Origin: Anaerolineae bacterium | GTDB taxonomy: Bacteria > Chloroflexota > Anaerolineae > Anaerolineales > UBA4823 | Assembly (NCBI GenBank): GCA_041481345.1 | Contig: JBGPBQ010000003.1 | Coordinates: 1 to 44,842, forward strand | Direction: 5' to 3' | Length of the DNA stretch: 44,842 nt | Shown: piece after piece, positions 27,705 through 36,486 of the stretch | Numbering within the stretch: the stretch's first letter is position 1 | How the letters are laid out: the number at the start of each line of letters is the position of its first letter | Notes under the pieces: model-generated | What the model saw: the letters and a program-made list of their open reading frames with translations, nothing else | Told to the model about the DNA's origin: nothing | Databases searched by the model: none | Made by a program: the position numbers and the translations under genes

Positions 27705-28754
27705 ATGATGTTCCGAAAAATTCTCGCCTTTAGCCTGACGCTTGTTCTTACGGCTTGCGGAATTCAGCCAACGCCTCATCTAACCCCTACACCTTTCACG
27801 GGTACAGTGCGTCCCGTCATCATTGACACGGATATGGCGGCTGACGATTGGATGGCAATCCTGTACCTGCTTAATCGTCCAGATGTAAGCGTAGCAGCGA
27901 TCACAGTTTCAGGGACAGGCGAAGCGCACTGCGAGCCGGGTATTAAAAATGCCATGAGTCTGACTGCTTTGGCTGGACAACCAGATATTCCTGTCAGTTG
28001 CGGGCGTACCACTCCCTTGCAAGGAGATCATGCCTTTCCACCGGATTGGCGCACCAGGGTGGATGCCTTAGCCGGACTTACCCTTCAAAGCAATCCTGCT
28101 TCTGTTACGCCTCAATCTGCTGTAGATTTGCTCACAGCCAAAATCATATCAATGCCCGACAAAGTGACGATCATCACGCTTGGTCCGCTCACCAATCTGG
28201 CTGAGGCGCTGCAATCTGCTCCTGAAATCAAGGAAAACATAGAGATGGTCTATATGGTGGGCGGCGCGGTGGATGTACCCGGCAATGTGGGGATTTCCCA
28301 CGCGGGCATCGACAACTCGGTGGCTGATTGGAATATTTATGTGGACCCGCGCGCAGCTGCCATCGTTCTCCAGTCCGGCGTGCCGGTTACCCTCGTCCCG
28401 CTGGACGCGACCAATCACGTTCCCGTTACTACGAATTTTATTGAACGCCTCAAGAAAGATCGTAAAACGCCTGAAGCCATGTTTGTCTTCGAGGTGTTGT
28501 CACAATCACAATACTACGATTTCGTTCAGTCTGGAGGGTACTATTTTTGGGATCCACTTGCAGCCGCGATCCTTACCGATAACTCGCTGGCAGCTTTCGA
28601 AACCCGGAACCTTACCGTCATCGAAGAGGAAAGCAATCAAAGCGGGCGCACGCAAGCGAGCGAGAGCGGCGCCCCCGTTCGTGTGGCTGTGGACGTTGAG
28701 GCTGAACGCTTTGAGCAATTGTTTCTGGATACGCTGAATACTCCTGAGAAATAA
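27705..28754 (+). CDS. Nucleoside hydrolase (IUNH family) with lipoprotein signal
   Basis: LTAC lipobox; DTDMAADD, LGPLTNLA, GGAVDVPGN, WNIYVDP, PLDAT, FWDPLAA. Confidence 0.92.
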   Translation: MMFRKILAFSLTLVLTACGIQPTPHLTPTPFTGTVRPVIIDTDMAADDWMAILYLLNRPDVSVAAITVSGTGEAHCEPGIKNAMSLTALAGQPDIPVSCGRTTPLQGDHAFPPDWRTRVDALAGLTLQSNPASVTPQSAVDLLTAKIISMPDKVTIITLGPLTNLAEALQSAPEIKENIEMVYMVGGAVDVPGNVGISHAGIDNSVADWNIYVDPRAAAIVLQSGVPVTLVPLDATNHVPVTTNFIERLKKDRKTPEAMFVFEVLSQSQYYDFVQSGGYYFWDPLAAAILTDNSLAAFETRNLTVIEEESNQSGRTQASESGAPVRVAVDVEAERFEQLFLDTLNTPEK

Positions 28755-28758
28755 AGTT

Positions 28759-29767
28759 GGCTCTTTAATAAAATCAAGGAGGTAGTCACAGGAGAAGCAA
28801 GCTGGTAATATAAGAGCATGTTACTCCATATTGATGACTTGATAGACGAGCAGAAATGCTATGAAGAAGTGCGCCAGATGCGCTGGGCCAAAGGGGTGGG
28901 CTGCCCGTATTGCAACGCCAAGCTAATCAACAAGCGTGGTTTTCATACGCATCAAGCTCACCGGCAGCGCTATCACTGCCAGGTGTGTGGCAAGCAGTTT
29001 GATGATTTGACCGGAACCATCTTTGAAGGCCATCACCAGCCTCTGAAGACCTGGATCTTGTGCCTGTACTTCATGGGCTTGAACCTTTCCAATCAACAGA
29101 TAGCCGCCGAGCTGGACTTATCTGCCAGTGAAGTGCAAGCGATGACCAGCCAATTGCGGGAAGGGATCGTGGCAAAAAAAAGCCCGTCACCCTAAAGGGC
29201 GAGATCGAAGCTGACGAAGTGTACATTACTGCTGGCCACAAAGGCCATCCCGCAGTCGTGGCTCGCTTGGGACGAGCAGGTAGACGCAGAAAGCTGCGCG
29301 GCAAACGCGGGCGGGGGACGCTGGCCGACGAAAAACCGCCGGTGTTGGGCATGTTACAGCGTAACGGAGAAGTGGTCATCCAGATGCTCCCTAATGTCCA
29401 GCAGGTGACGATCCAACCCTTGATCCAAGAAACGGTTGTTCCCGGTAGCTTGATCTACACCGATGAGTATGACATCTATGACCGCTTACCCGTCTGGGGC
29501 TATGCCCACAAATCCGTCAACCATGGCGCTGGCGAGTTTGCCCGAGACGAAGATGGCGATGGCTTCTGCGAAGTACATGTCAACACCCTGGAGGGCTTTT
29601 GGTCCTTGCTACGTTCGTGGTTGCGACCGCATCGCGGCGTTTCTCAGGAGAAGTTGCCCTGGTACTTGGGTTTCTTCTAGTTCGTCCATAATATTCGCCA
29701 GCGGGGCAAAGCCCTGCTTCATTCGTTGGTGGCTACATTAGTAGCTCCTTGAAACTGTTAAAGAGCC
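28759..29767 (+). mobile_element. IS1595 family (ISXO2-like) insertion sequence, 1009 bp
   Basis: TIRs GGCTCTTTAA.....TCAAGGAG at both ends (19/23); zinc-ribbon + DDE transposase. Confidence 0.92.
28818..29752 (+). pseudogene. IS1595 transposase: -1 frameshift at A8 and in-frame amber near the C-terminus
   Basis: CPYC..C..C ribbon; -1 frame after A8 (29174-29181) gives EADEVY, IYTDEY, HVNTLEGFWS; TAG 29678-29680 interrupts GFF*FVHN. Confidence 0.8.
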
Positions 29768-29855
29768 AAAAAATTTTGTAGCCTTTTGTGTACTTTGTGG
29801 GGTTCTTTCTATAAATATTCCACTAGGTTATCAGCGCGCTCTGCTTTCACACAAA

Positions 29856-29880
29856 GACCGGGATCCCCAATCCCGGTTAC
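29856..29880 (-). repeat. REP-like palindrome, CCGGGAT family copy 2
   Basis: Minus strand GTAACCGGGATTGGGGATCCCGGTC. Confidence 0.65.
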
Positions 29881-30051
29881 CGGATATCAAGGAACGTATC
29901 TTGCGACGAAGCGACGCGCTGTGTTCTTTACAAGCGTCAAAATATGCTCAATGTGAGCGATATATATCATGAGATTGGGTCGAGGGTTCGTGCCCAACCC
30001 AACCTTCCTCCTACCAACCCTGATATCTCAGATATATTGTTGTGTGTGCCT

Positions 30052-30273
30052 CTACATATGCAGATATTTAAGCGCCTCAAAAATCAGCAGCGCTGGCCAG
30101 ACAATGCCCTTTAAAAATCCTAAAACACCCAGCCAGAACGTGGCAGCGTGGCCGATGAAATATACCCACGCACCGATCAGGCCCAATCCATAAACTGCGC
30201 CACCGGCGCCATTGCGGTAAATCACTTTTGGTTTTTCGCGTATGATTTGAATGGGGGTAGGTTCTGTAGTCAT
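30052..30273 (-). CDS. Small membrane protein (2 TM)
   Basis: GAVYGLGLIGAWVYFI...FLKGIVWPA; ATG 30273 after GAGGTG. Confidence 0.75.
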   Translation of the reverse strand: MTTEPTPIQIIREKPKVIYRNGAGGAVYGLGLIGAWVYFIGHAATFWLGVLGFLKGIVWPALLIFEALKYLHM

Positions 30274-30431
30274 GGTATTCACCTCGGGGAAATATCTATA
30301 TTACAGCATATATACGGTAAAACACCGGTTAAAGTTGCGCTCTGCCCGGTACAGCTTTATATTGGCATATCCAATGAAACCGCTGAATAGGCGGGAAACA
30401 CACCGCACTCTGGGATCCCGCACTAAAAAAT

Positions 30432-30455
30432 GCCGGGATCGACGATCCTGGCTAC
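30432..30455 (-). repeat. REP-like palindrome, CCGGGAT family copy 3
   Basis: Minus strand GTAGCCAGGATCGTCGATCCCGGC. Confidence 0.65.
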
Positions 30456-30466
30456 AGATTCTATAA

Positions 30467-30533
30467 GGGCGAAGCATCATTTAGAACAGAAGCAATTATC
30501 CATATTGCTACCTAGCTGATGCTTCGCCCCAAC
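30467..30533 (-). repeat. REP-like long inverted repeat abutting the acyltransferase stop
   Basis: GGGCGAAGCATCA / TGATGCTTCGCCC 13-bp perfect stem; GTTG head on the minus strand. Confidence 0.65.
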
Positions 30534-31201
30534 TATAAATCAATATACCTCGTGCTGGCATTCGCTCCATCAGCATAAACCCCGCGGTACTCCGGCGGCA
30601 GCACCAACGCCAGCTGGTACATCATTTCCTCCACCATCGCCTGCCTCACCTCACGCGTCACTTTTTCCCCACGGGTTTCCAGGTGAAAAGGTGTCCCCAC
30701 CCGCAGGTGAAAATCGGTGCGCTTCAGCCTGCGCAGGTTCTCGGTGTAGTTCTCAGCCCCGTAAAATCCCACCGGCAGCAGGGGAGCCCCGCTGTGCAGC
30801 GCCAGCAACACCACCCCCGGGTGAGCAGGCTGCAGCTTCCCATCGTGACTGCGCGTGCCTTCGGGTGCAATGATCAGCATCTCGCCCCTCTCGAGTGCTT
30901 CCAGGCCGGTGCGGATGGCGGAAAAATCCGCCTCGCCTCGGTGCAAGGGGATTGTCCTGGTCACATCCAGAGTCCAATTAAGTATGGGGATTTTCCAACG
31001 TTCAGCGAGCAGCATCCCGCGCACCCTGCGCGGTTGCAGGTGGGTGTATGTGATCGGGATTTCGAGGATATTGACGTGGTTGGTGTAGATGATCAGCGGT
31101 CCCTGCCGTGGGACGCGCTCCAGCTCTTTATCGTCGATGCGGCAGATCAGGCCGGTGAGCCCCTTCGATACGTTTACGACCAGCCAATGCGCTACGCTCA
31201 C
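30533..31201 (-). CDS. Lysophospholipid acyltransferase (PlsC-like)
   Basis: NH....E variant of HxxxxD, APEGTRS. Confidence 0.88.
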   Translation of the reverse strand: MSVAHWLVVNVSKGLTGLICRIDDKELERVPRQGPLIIYTNHVNILEIPITYTHLQPRRVRGMLLAERWKIPILNWTLDVTRTIPLHRGEADFSAIRTGLEALERGEMLIIAPEGTRSHDGKLQPAHPGVVLLALHSGAPLLPVGFYGAENYTENLRRLKRTDFHLRVGTPFHLETRGEKVTREVRQAMVEEMMYQLALVLPPEYRGVYADGANASTRYIDL

Positions 31202-32139
31202 GCATTTGCCTGCTGTGGCTTGCAGATAATCTCCAGCTGGCGCGGCAACACTTCCACCTCCAGGCGGCTGCCATCCACGCAGATGATCTCGCCATCTGTT
31301 TGGGCGGGTAGCGGACCATCCTGGGCAGTGATGTTGATCCTGGCAGCCCGCCCGGTCTTTATCGTAGGCTGGGTGGCTTGGTCGCCACGCGTGAAATGCG
31401 GGATCATCTTGATCACTTCAAATGAGCTCATCTGCTCAGCGATGCACAAGTCAAACATACCATCATCGGGCACAGAATTGGGCGCCATGATGAACCCTCC
31501 GCCCAGCCGGCGCCCGTTCATGATCGAGATCAGCAGCGAGCGCTGGGTGATCTCTTTACCGTCATACTCAATACGTGCCAGAGGAGCTTTATTATAGAGG
31601 AAAACAGTCTTGAGCACAGCCGCCATAAACGCCAGATAGCCGCCCCAGCGCGGCAGCTTGTGCACCTCGATGGTGGTGATGGCATCGAAACCCACGCCCA
31701 CGCAATTGGCAAAATACCTGCCCTGCGGGTAGTTGCCCCCCGTCACGCGCCCAACGTCCACGGTGCGCCTGAAATTAGCCTTCAAAGCCTGGACCCCACC
31801 TTCGAGGTCCTCGGGGATGCCCATGCTGCCAGCAAAATCATTCCCTCGTCCGACGCACAGCACTCCCAGGGGAGGGATGACTGCCCCTTCCAGCCTGGAT
31901 TCCATCAACCCATTCACCACCTCGTTAACGGTGCCATCACCGCCCGCTGCAATCACCACCTCGCAGCCTTCCTTCAACGCCTGGCGGGTCAATTCGATAC
32001 CGTGCCCTGGGCGTTCGGTGCGCACAAGGCCGTAGCTCAGGTTGTATTGGGTGAAGAGCTGTTCGATCTGCGGCAGTGCATTCTTACCGTTGCCATTCCC
32101 GGCGGTTGGGTTGAGGATGATTTTGTAGGAAGGGTTCAT
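31198..32139 (-). CDS. Diacylglycerol/lipid kinase family (YegS/DgkB-like)
   Basis: NPTAG, GGDGTVNEVVNG, G.GNDFA, QTDGE. Confidence 0.93.
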   Translation of the reverse strand: MNPSYKIILNPTAGNGNGKNALPQIEQLFTQYNLSYGLVRTERPGHGIELTRQALKEGCEVVIAAGGDGTVNEVVNGLMESRLEGAVIPPLGVLCVGRGNDFAGSMGIPEDLEGGVQALKANFRRTVDVGRVTGGNYPQGRYFANCVGVGFDAITTIEVHKLPRWGGYLAFMAAVLKTVFLYNKAPLARIEYDGKEITQRSLLISIMNGRRLGGGFIMAPNSVPDDGMFDLCIAEQMSSFEVIKMIPHFTRGDQATQPTIKTGRAARINITAQDGPLPAQTDGEIICVDGSRLEVEVLPRQLEIICKPQQANA

Positions 32140-32221
32140 AGCGTGATTATATCAGCCGACCGATGTTCGGTTAAGATTGTTTTATCAACTTGTAAAGCCT
32201 GTTGTATCACTGGTGATTGCC

Positions 32222-32381
32222 GGATATCGAGTGACCTTCTCGATAGGATATCGAGTGACCTTCTCGATAGGATATCGAGTGACCTTCTCGATAGGATATC
32301 GAGTGATCTTCTCGGTAGGATATCGAGTGATCTTCTCGGTATGATTACCCGATTATCGGTTATCGAGTGAATTTCTCGATA
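32222..32381. repeat. 24-bp palindromic tandem array (5 contiguous copies + 1 detached)
   Basis: GGATATCGAGTGACCTTCTCGATA x3, GGATATCGAGTGATCTTCTCGGTA x2, then TATCGAGTGAATTTCTCGATA at 32361-32381. Confidence 0.95.
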
Positions 32382-32536
32382 ATGCTTGTCTTATTCCAAA
32401 AATTCCTTTCCGTCGGAGGGCGCATTCTTAGCGCACCTTCGTGTCCTTTGTGTTTAATTCTTTTTCTTGCTTTTGGTACCAATTGGTAGTAAATTAAGGC
32501 ATCCAAAATCGAGCCAATCAAACCACGGAGGTACCA

Positions 32537-33310
32537 TTGGATAACACTCGCATGCCGGTATTGTTCCTTGGGCACGGCAGCCCGATGAATGCCATCGAAG
32601 ATAATGAATTTACCCTTGCCTGGCAGGAAGCTGCCAGGCACATCCCCACACCCACAGCCATCCTGTGCATCTCGGCTCATTGGGAGACACAGGGCACTCA
32701 AGTCACTGCGATGGAGGCACCTCGCACCATCCACGATTTCTACGGCTTCCCACGCCCGCTATTTGAGAAGCAGTACCCCGCCCCAGGCTCGCCTGAGCTG
32801 GCAGCCAGGACCGTTAATTTAATGCGCTCATCCAAAATCCAGCTCGATCACTCGTGGGGGCTGGACCATGGGACCTGGTCAGTGCTGTGCCGTATGTACC
32901 CCGAGGCACGCTTGCCGGTGGTCCAGCTGAGCCTGGACCGTTCGATTGATCCGGTCGGGCATTACCAGCTGGGGCGCGAGCTGCAGCAGCTGCGCCAGGA
33001 AGGGGTGCTGATCGTCGGGAGCGGCAACATCGTGCACAATCTGCGTTTGATGGTGTGGGAAGATCAGGCTTTCGACTGGGCAGTTGAATATGATGCCAAA
33101 GTCACCCAGTGGATCCTCGAGGACGACCACGACTCGATCATTCATTATGAAAAATATGGCAAGCCTGCCCTGCTCTCAGTGAACTCTGCCGAGCATTACC
33201 TGCCCCTGCTCTACATCCTGGGGCTGAAGGACGGGGCTGACCCGGTTAGCTTCTTTGCCGACAAACTTTGGGGCGGCTCGCTTTCTATGCGCTGTGTCCG
33301 AATAGGATAA
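32537..33310 (+). CDS. ygiD: 4,5-DOPA extradiol dioxygenase (LigB family)
   Basis: MPVLFLGHGSPMNA, ISAHW, TIHDF.GFP, WGLDHGTW, GSGNIVHNL, EHYLPLLY. Confidence 0.92.
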   Translation: MDNTRMPVLFLGHGSPMNAIEDNEFTLAWQEAARHIPTPTAILCISAHWETQGTQVTAMEAPRTIHDFYGFPRPLFEKQYPAPGSPELAARTVNLMRSSKIQLDHSWGLDHGTWSVLCRMYPEARLPVVQLSLDRSIDPVGHYQLGRELQQLRQEGVLIVGSGNIVHNLRLMVWEDQAFDWAVEYDAKVTQWILEDDHDSIIHYEKYGKPALLSVNSAEHYLPLLYILGLKDGADPVSFFADKLWGGSLSMRCVRIG

Positions 33311-33431
33311 AAACACACGCAGGTTGTGAACACAACTAATCAGATGCCACCGGTTTTTGAGCTTATTACTAAAAACTCTGGAACCAGACCACCTTGACCC
33401 TGCCGTTCCTCTTTGCCAATGGAGGTTACAC

Positions 33432-33755
33432 ATGCTGTATTGGATCTACCTGCTGATTGCCATCCTCACCGAAGTGGTGGGCACAACGATGATGAAGGTT
33501 TCCCAGGGGCTGACGCGCCTCATGCCCTCCGTGTTGATGTTCGTGATGTACGCCATCAGCTTCGTCCTTATGGCGCTGGCACTCAAAAAGATCGAAGTCG
33601 GCACCGCATATGCCATCTGGTCGGGTTTGGGCACCGCTCTGATCGCCACGATCGGCATTGTAGCATTCCGCGAATCTATGAGTATCCCCAAGCTGGCAGG
33701 GCTGGTGCTGATCATCGCTGGAGTAGTGCTGCTTAATTTAAAAGGAGCTAGCTAA
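33432..33755 (+). CDS. Small multidrug resistance (SMR/DMT) transporter
   Basis: W..L.IAI..EVVGT..MK, G.AYAIWSG.G; ATG 33432 after GGAGG. Confidence 0.92.
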   Translation: MLYWIYLLIAILTEVVGTTMMKVSQGLTRLMPSVLMFVMYAISFVLMALALKKIEVGTAYAIWSGLGTALIATIGIVAFRESMSIPKLAGLVLIIAGVVLLNLKGAS

Positions 33756-33866
33756 TCTTACGCCTGCTCCCTGGTAGTTAATAACATAACTACTCACCCA
33801 TTCCCCGCATGCAAAGGATAGGCTGGGGGTGGGGTGCGTGTAGATACTTAATTTCTAACGAACTTG

Positions 33867-34487
33867 CTAGCTTGAGCTTGAGACTACCTCGCGCCCGGCT
33901 TGGAACGCCTGGCGGTTGAGGTCGGCGTATTTTGGTGGCACCCTAGCAATGATCACTTTCAGCCAGGTATCAGCAGATAACTCTGCACCCGTTAAACCTT
34001 CCCGTTCCATTAGCGCCGAGAGCGCCCCCAACAGGACCACGTTGGCAGCCCTGACGTTGCCCAACCCCAGGGCTGTGGTTTCACCGTCCACATAGATGAC
34101 TTCCCGGGTAACCTCGGAGATTTTTTGGTGCAGGGTCGCGTCGTCGGGGTAGGATTGCCCGCCCGTGGTGACTGTGACGGGTTCGATGGCTGCCAGGTTT
34201 ACCAGCGCCAGGGCACCCATCCTCAGCTGGTTCAGGTTGCGCAGAGCCTCAGCTTTCTCGAACGCCAGGAAGACGTCCACCTCTCCAGCCCCCACCAGAG
34301 GAGAATAAACCGTGCGACCCCAGCGTACGAAGCTGGTCACACTGCCGCCGCGCTGAGACATGCCGTGTACTTCAGCTTGTTTAGCCTGATACCCAGCCGC
34401 CAGGCCTACGTTAACCAACACGTTACTGGCGAGGATGGTACCCTGCCCACCGACGCCTGCCAGCAGGAAATTGATCGCGTCTCTCAT
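33867..34487 (-). CDS. iorB: Indolepyruvate:ferredoxin oxidoreductase beta subunit
   Basis: GVGGQGTILAS, EVHGMSQRGGSV, NVVLLG. Confidence 0.93.
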   Translation of the reverse strand: MRDAINFLLAGVGGQGTILASNVLVNVGLAAGYQAKQAEVHGMSQRGGSVTSFVRWGRTVYSPLVGAGEVDVFLAFEKAEALRNLNQLRMGALALVNLAAIEPVTVTTGGQSYPDDATLHQKISEVTREVIYVDGETTALGLGNVRAANVVLLGALSALMEREGLTGAELSADTWLKVIIARVPPKYADLNRQAFQAGREVVSSSS

Positions 34488-34488
34488 C

Positions 34489-36288
34489 CTAAACCTCACT
34501 CATCTCAACCTGACGGAAGGTGATCGCGTCCTGTGGGCAAATTTGAGCACATACCTCGCAGCCTGTGCACAGGGCAGCATCGATGAGTGCCTTCGGTCGC
34601 TGCAAGCGGGCATCCAGCTCATCGCTCTTCAAGATCGCCGGGCAGCCAATGCGGAAGCACAGGGCACAACCATTGCATTGCTCCGCCAGCACTTCCAGTG
34701 GTGTCCAGGTCTTGCGCACCTCGGGCAGCAGCACGCATGGTTCAAGGGTGATGAGCACTGCCGGCTCGTCCAGCTTCAGGAACTCCTTCAGTGTGGCTTC
34801 AATCTCCGCCACGTGATAGGCTGGCACGGTTTTGACCTGCTTTATACCAAGTGCGCGCACCAACGGTTCGAGCTCGATCTGCGTGGTCGTCTCACCCTGC
34901 AACGTGACCCCTGTTCCCGGGTTTTGCTGGTGACCAGTCATGCCGGTTACGCGGTTGTCCATGATGATGGTGATCACCCGGCTGCGGTTGTAGACGGTGT
35001 TGATCAACGCCGGGATGCCGGTGTGGAAAAAGGTCGAATCTCCGATGACCGCTACGTGGTGCTCGGGGCTGCCGGCTTTCACCGCCCCATGTGCCACGGC
35101 GATCCCTGCTCCCATGCAGCCGCAGGAATGGATAGCGCTGAGTGGCGGGATGAGCCCCAGGGTGTAGCACCCGATATCGCCGTTCACCGGCACCTTCAGC
35201 TTGTTGAGCACATAGAACACACCCCGGTGAGGGCAGCCGGGGCACAGCACGGGTGGGCGGGCAGGCAGCGGACCCACCTCAACTCCAGGCAGAGGCACAT
35301 GGGCGGAGGCGGGCAGCAGGCTTGAATGAATCGCCGATTCGCGCACCACACGCGGGTCAAGCTCGCCGGTCAACGGGAAAATGCTCTTCCCTTCGACCGG
35401 GATGCCCATCAGCTGCACAGCTTCCTCGATGAACGGGTCCAGCTCTTCGATGACGATCAGCTTCTCTACTGAGGCTGCGAACCGTCTGATCATCTGCTCC
35501 GGTAGGGGCCAGGTCATCCCCAGGCGCAGGATGGAGGCAGTAGGGAAGACTTCCTTGGCGTACTGGTAAGCCACCCCGGCGGTGATGATCCCGAGGCCAG
35601 TTTCGCCCATCTCAATGCGGTTGAGGGGGAAACTTTCAGCAAATTTGGCAATATCCAGGATGCGCTGCTCGATGACTGGATGGCGCTTGACGGCGTTGCC
35701 GGGCACCATCACGTATTTGGCCGGGTTGCGCGGGAAGGGTTTTGGTTCAACAGGCGTCCCATCCACGCGTTCACCCAGCTCCACCGCACTGGTGGAGTGG
35801 CAGATGCGGGTGGTCAGGCGCAGCAACACAGGCGTATCAAAGCGCTCGCTCAGCCCAAATGCGGCGATGGTCATGTCTTTCGCTTCCTGGCTGTCAGATG
35901 GCTCCAGGCAGGGGATGCGGGCGAACTTGGCGAAGGTGCGATTATCCTGCTCGTTCTGGCTGGAGTGCATGGCTGGGTCATCGGCGGACACAATGACGAG
36001 ACCGGCTTCCATGCCTGTCATGGAGGCGTACATAAAGGAGTCGGCGGCTACATTGAGCCCCACATGCTTCATGGCTGCCAATCCACGCCGCCCGGCGTAG
36101 GCAGCCCCGATGGCAACATCCACCGCTACCTTCTCGTTGGGCGCCCACTCAGCGTAAATATTGGGATAATGGACCAGGTCCTCCAGGATTTCGGTGCTGG
36201 GAGTGCCCGGATAGGCTGAAGCCACGGCAACACCTGCTTCCCAGGCGCCGCGGGCAACAGCTTCATCGCCCGAGAGCATTTTTATCAT
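34489..36288 (-). CDS. iorA: Indolepyruvate:ferredoxin oxidoreductase alpha subunit
   Basis: YPGTPSTE, MKHVGLNVAAD, RPPVLCPGCPH, GDIGCY, GDSTF.H, two 4Fe-4S motifs. Confidence 0.95.
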   Translation of the reverse strand: MIKMLSGDEAVARGAWEAGVAVASAYPGTPSTEILEDLVHYPNIYAEWAPNEKVAVDVAIGAAYAGRRGLAAMKHVGLNVAADSFMYASMTGMEAGLVIVSADDPAMHSSQNEQDNRTFAKFARIPCLEPSDSQEAKDMTIAAFGLSERFDTPVLLRLTTRICHSTSAVELGERVDGTPVEPKPFPRNPAKYVMVPGNAVKRHPVIEQRILDIAKFAESFPLNRIEMGETGLGIITAGVAYQYAKEVFPTASILRLGMTWPLPEQMIRRFAASVEKLIVIEELDPFIEEAVQLMGIPVEGKSIFPLTGELDPRVVRESAIHSSLLPASAHVPLPGVEVGPLPARPPVLCPGCPHRGVFYVLNKLKVPVNGDIGCYTLGLIPPLSAIHSCGCMGAGIAVAHGAVKAGSPEHHVAVIGDSTFFHTGIPALINTVYNRSRVITIIMDNRVTGMTGHQQNPGTGVTLQGETTTQIELEPLVRALGIKQVKTVPAYHVAEIEATLKEFLKLDEPAVLITLEPCVLLPEVRKTWTPLEVLAEQCNGCALCFRIGCPAILKSDELDARLQRPKALIDAALCTGCEVCAQICPQDAITFRQVEMSEV

Positions 36289-36486
36289 GTGACCTCCAGG
36301 ATTTGGTTAAATAAACAACGACTCAGGCTGTTATTTTACACCGGAAGTTAGGGATTTTGCTTAAGTGAATGTGAAGAGATAGTTGTGGACAGATGCCTGA
36401 TCACAGCTCCCAGGCAGATTATATGGTAGATGGGAAGGTGCGCTAAGAGCTGGCAAATAGTCAATTGGATTTCATTCGGCTAAGGG

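Larger units (their letters stand above)
27392..29767 (+). mobile_element. IS1595-derived passenger-carrying unit (cryptic left end + nucleoside hydrolase + IS)
   Basis: Outer end GGCTCTTATAGGGTTTCAAGGAG matches the right TIR 19/23; flanked by identical AAAAAATT at 27384-27391 and 29768-29775. Confidence 0.7.

Noticed and set aside
14041-29680. Amber recoding (two in-frame TAGs)
   Set aside because: TAG is the normal stop of several intact genes here (TrmH, iorA, prenyltransferase), so point mutations are more likely.
31660-32370. 236-aa ORF with RISSDLLD repeats
   Set aside because: Antisense shadow of the lipid kinase running through the 24-bp array; no RBS or family features.
32222-32381. 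CRISPR array
   Set aside because: Units are contiguous with no unique spacers, and there are no cas genes in the window.
33311-33431. Guanidine riboswitch upstream of the SMR gene
   Set aside because: No twin ACGR hairpins or other ykkC-type consensus visible.
33793-33838. C-rich/G-rich hairpin between the SMR gene and iorB
   Set aside because: Imperfect and single-copy; could be a terminator or decayed repeat but cannot be supported.
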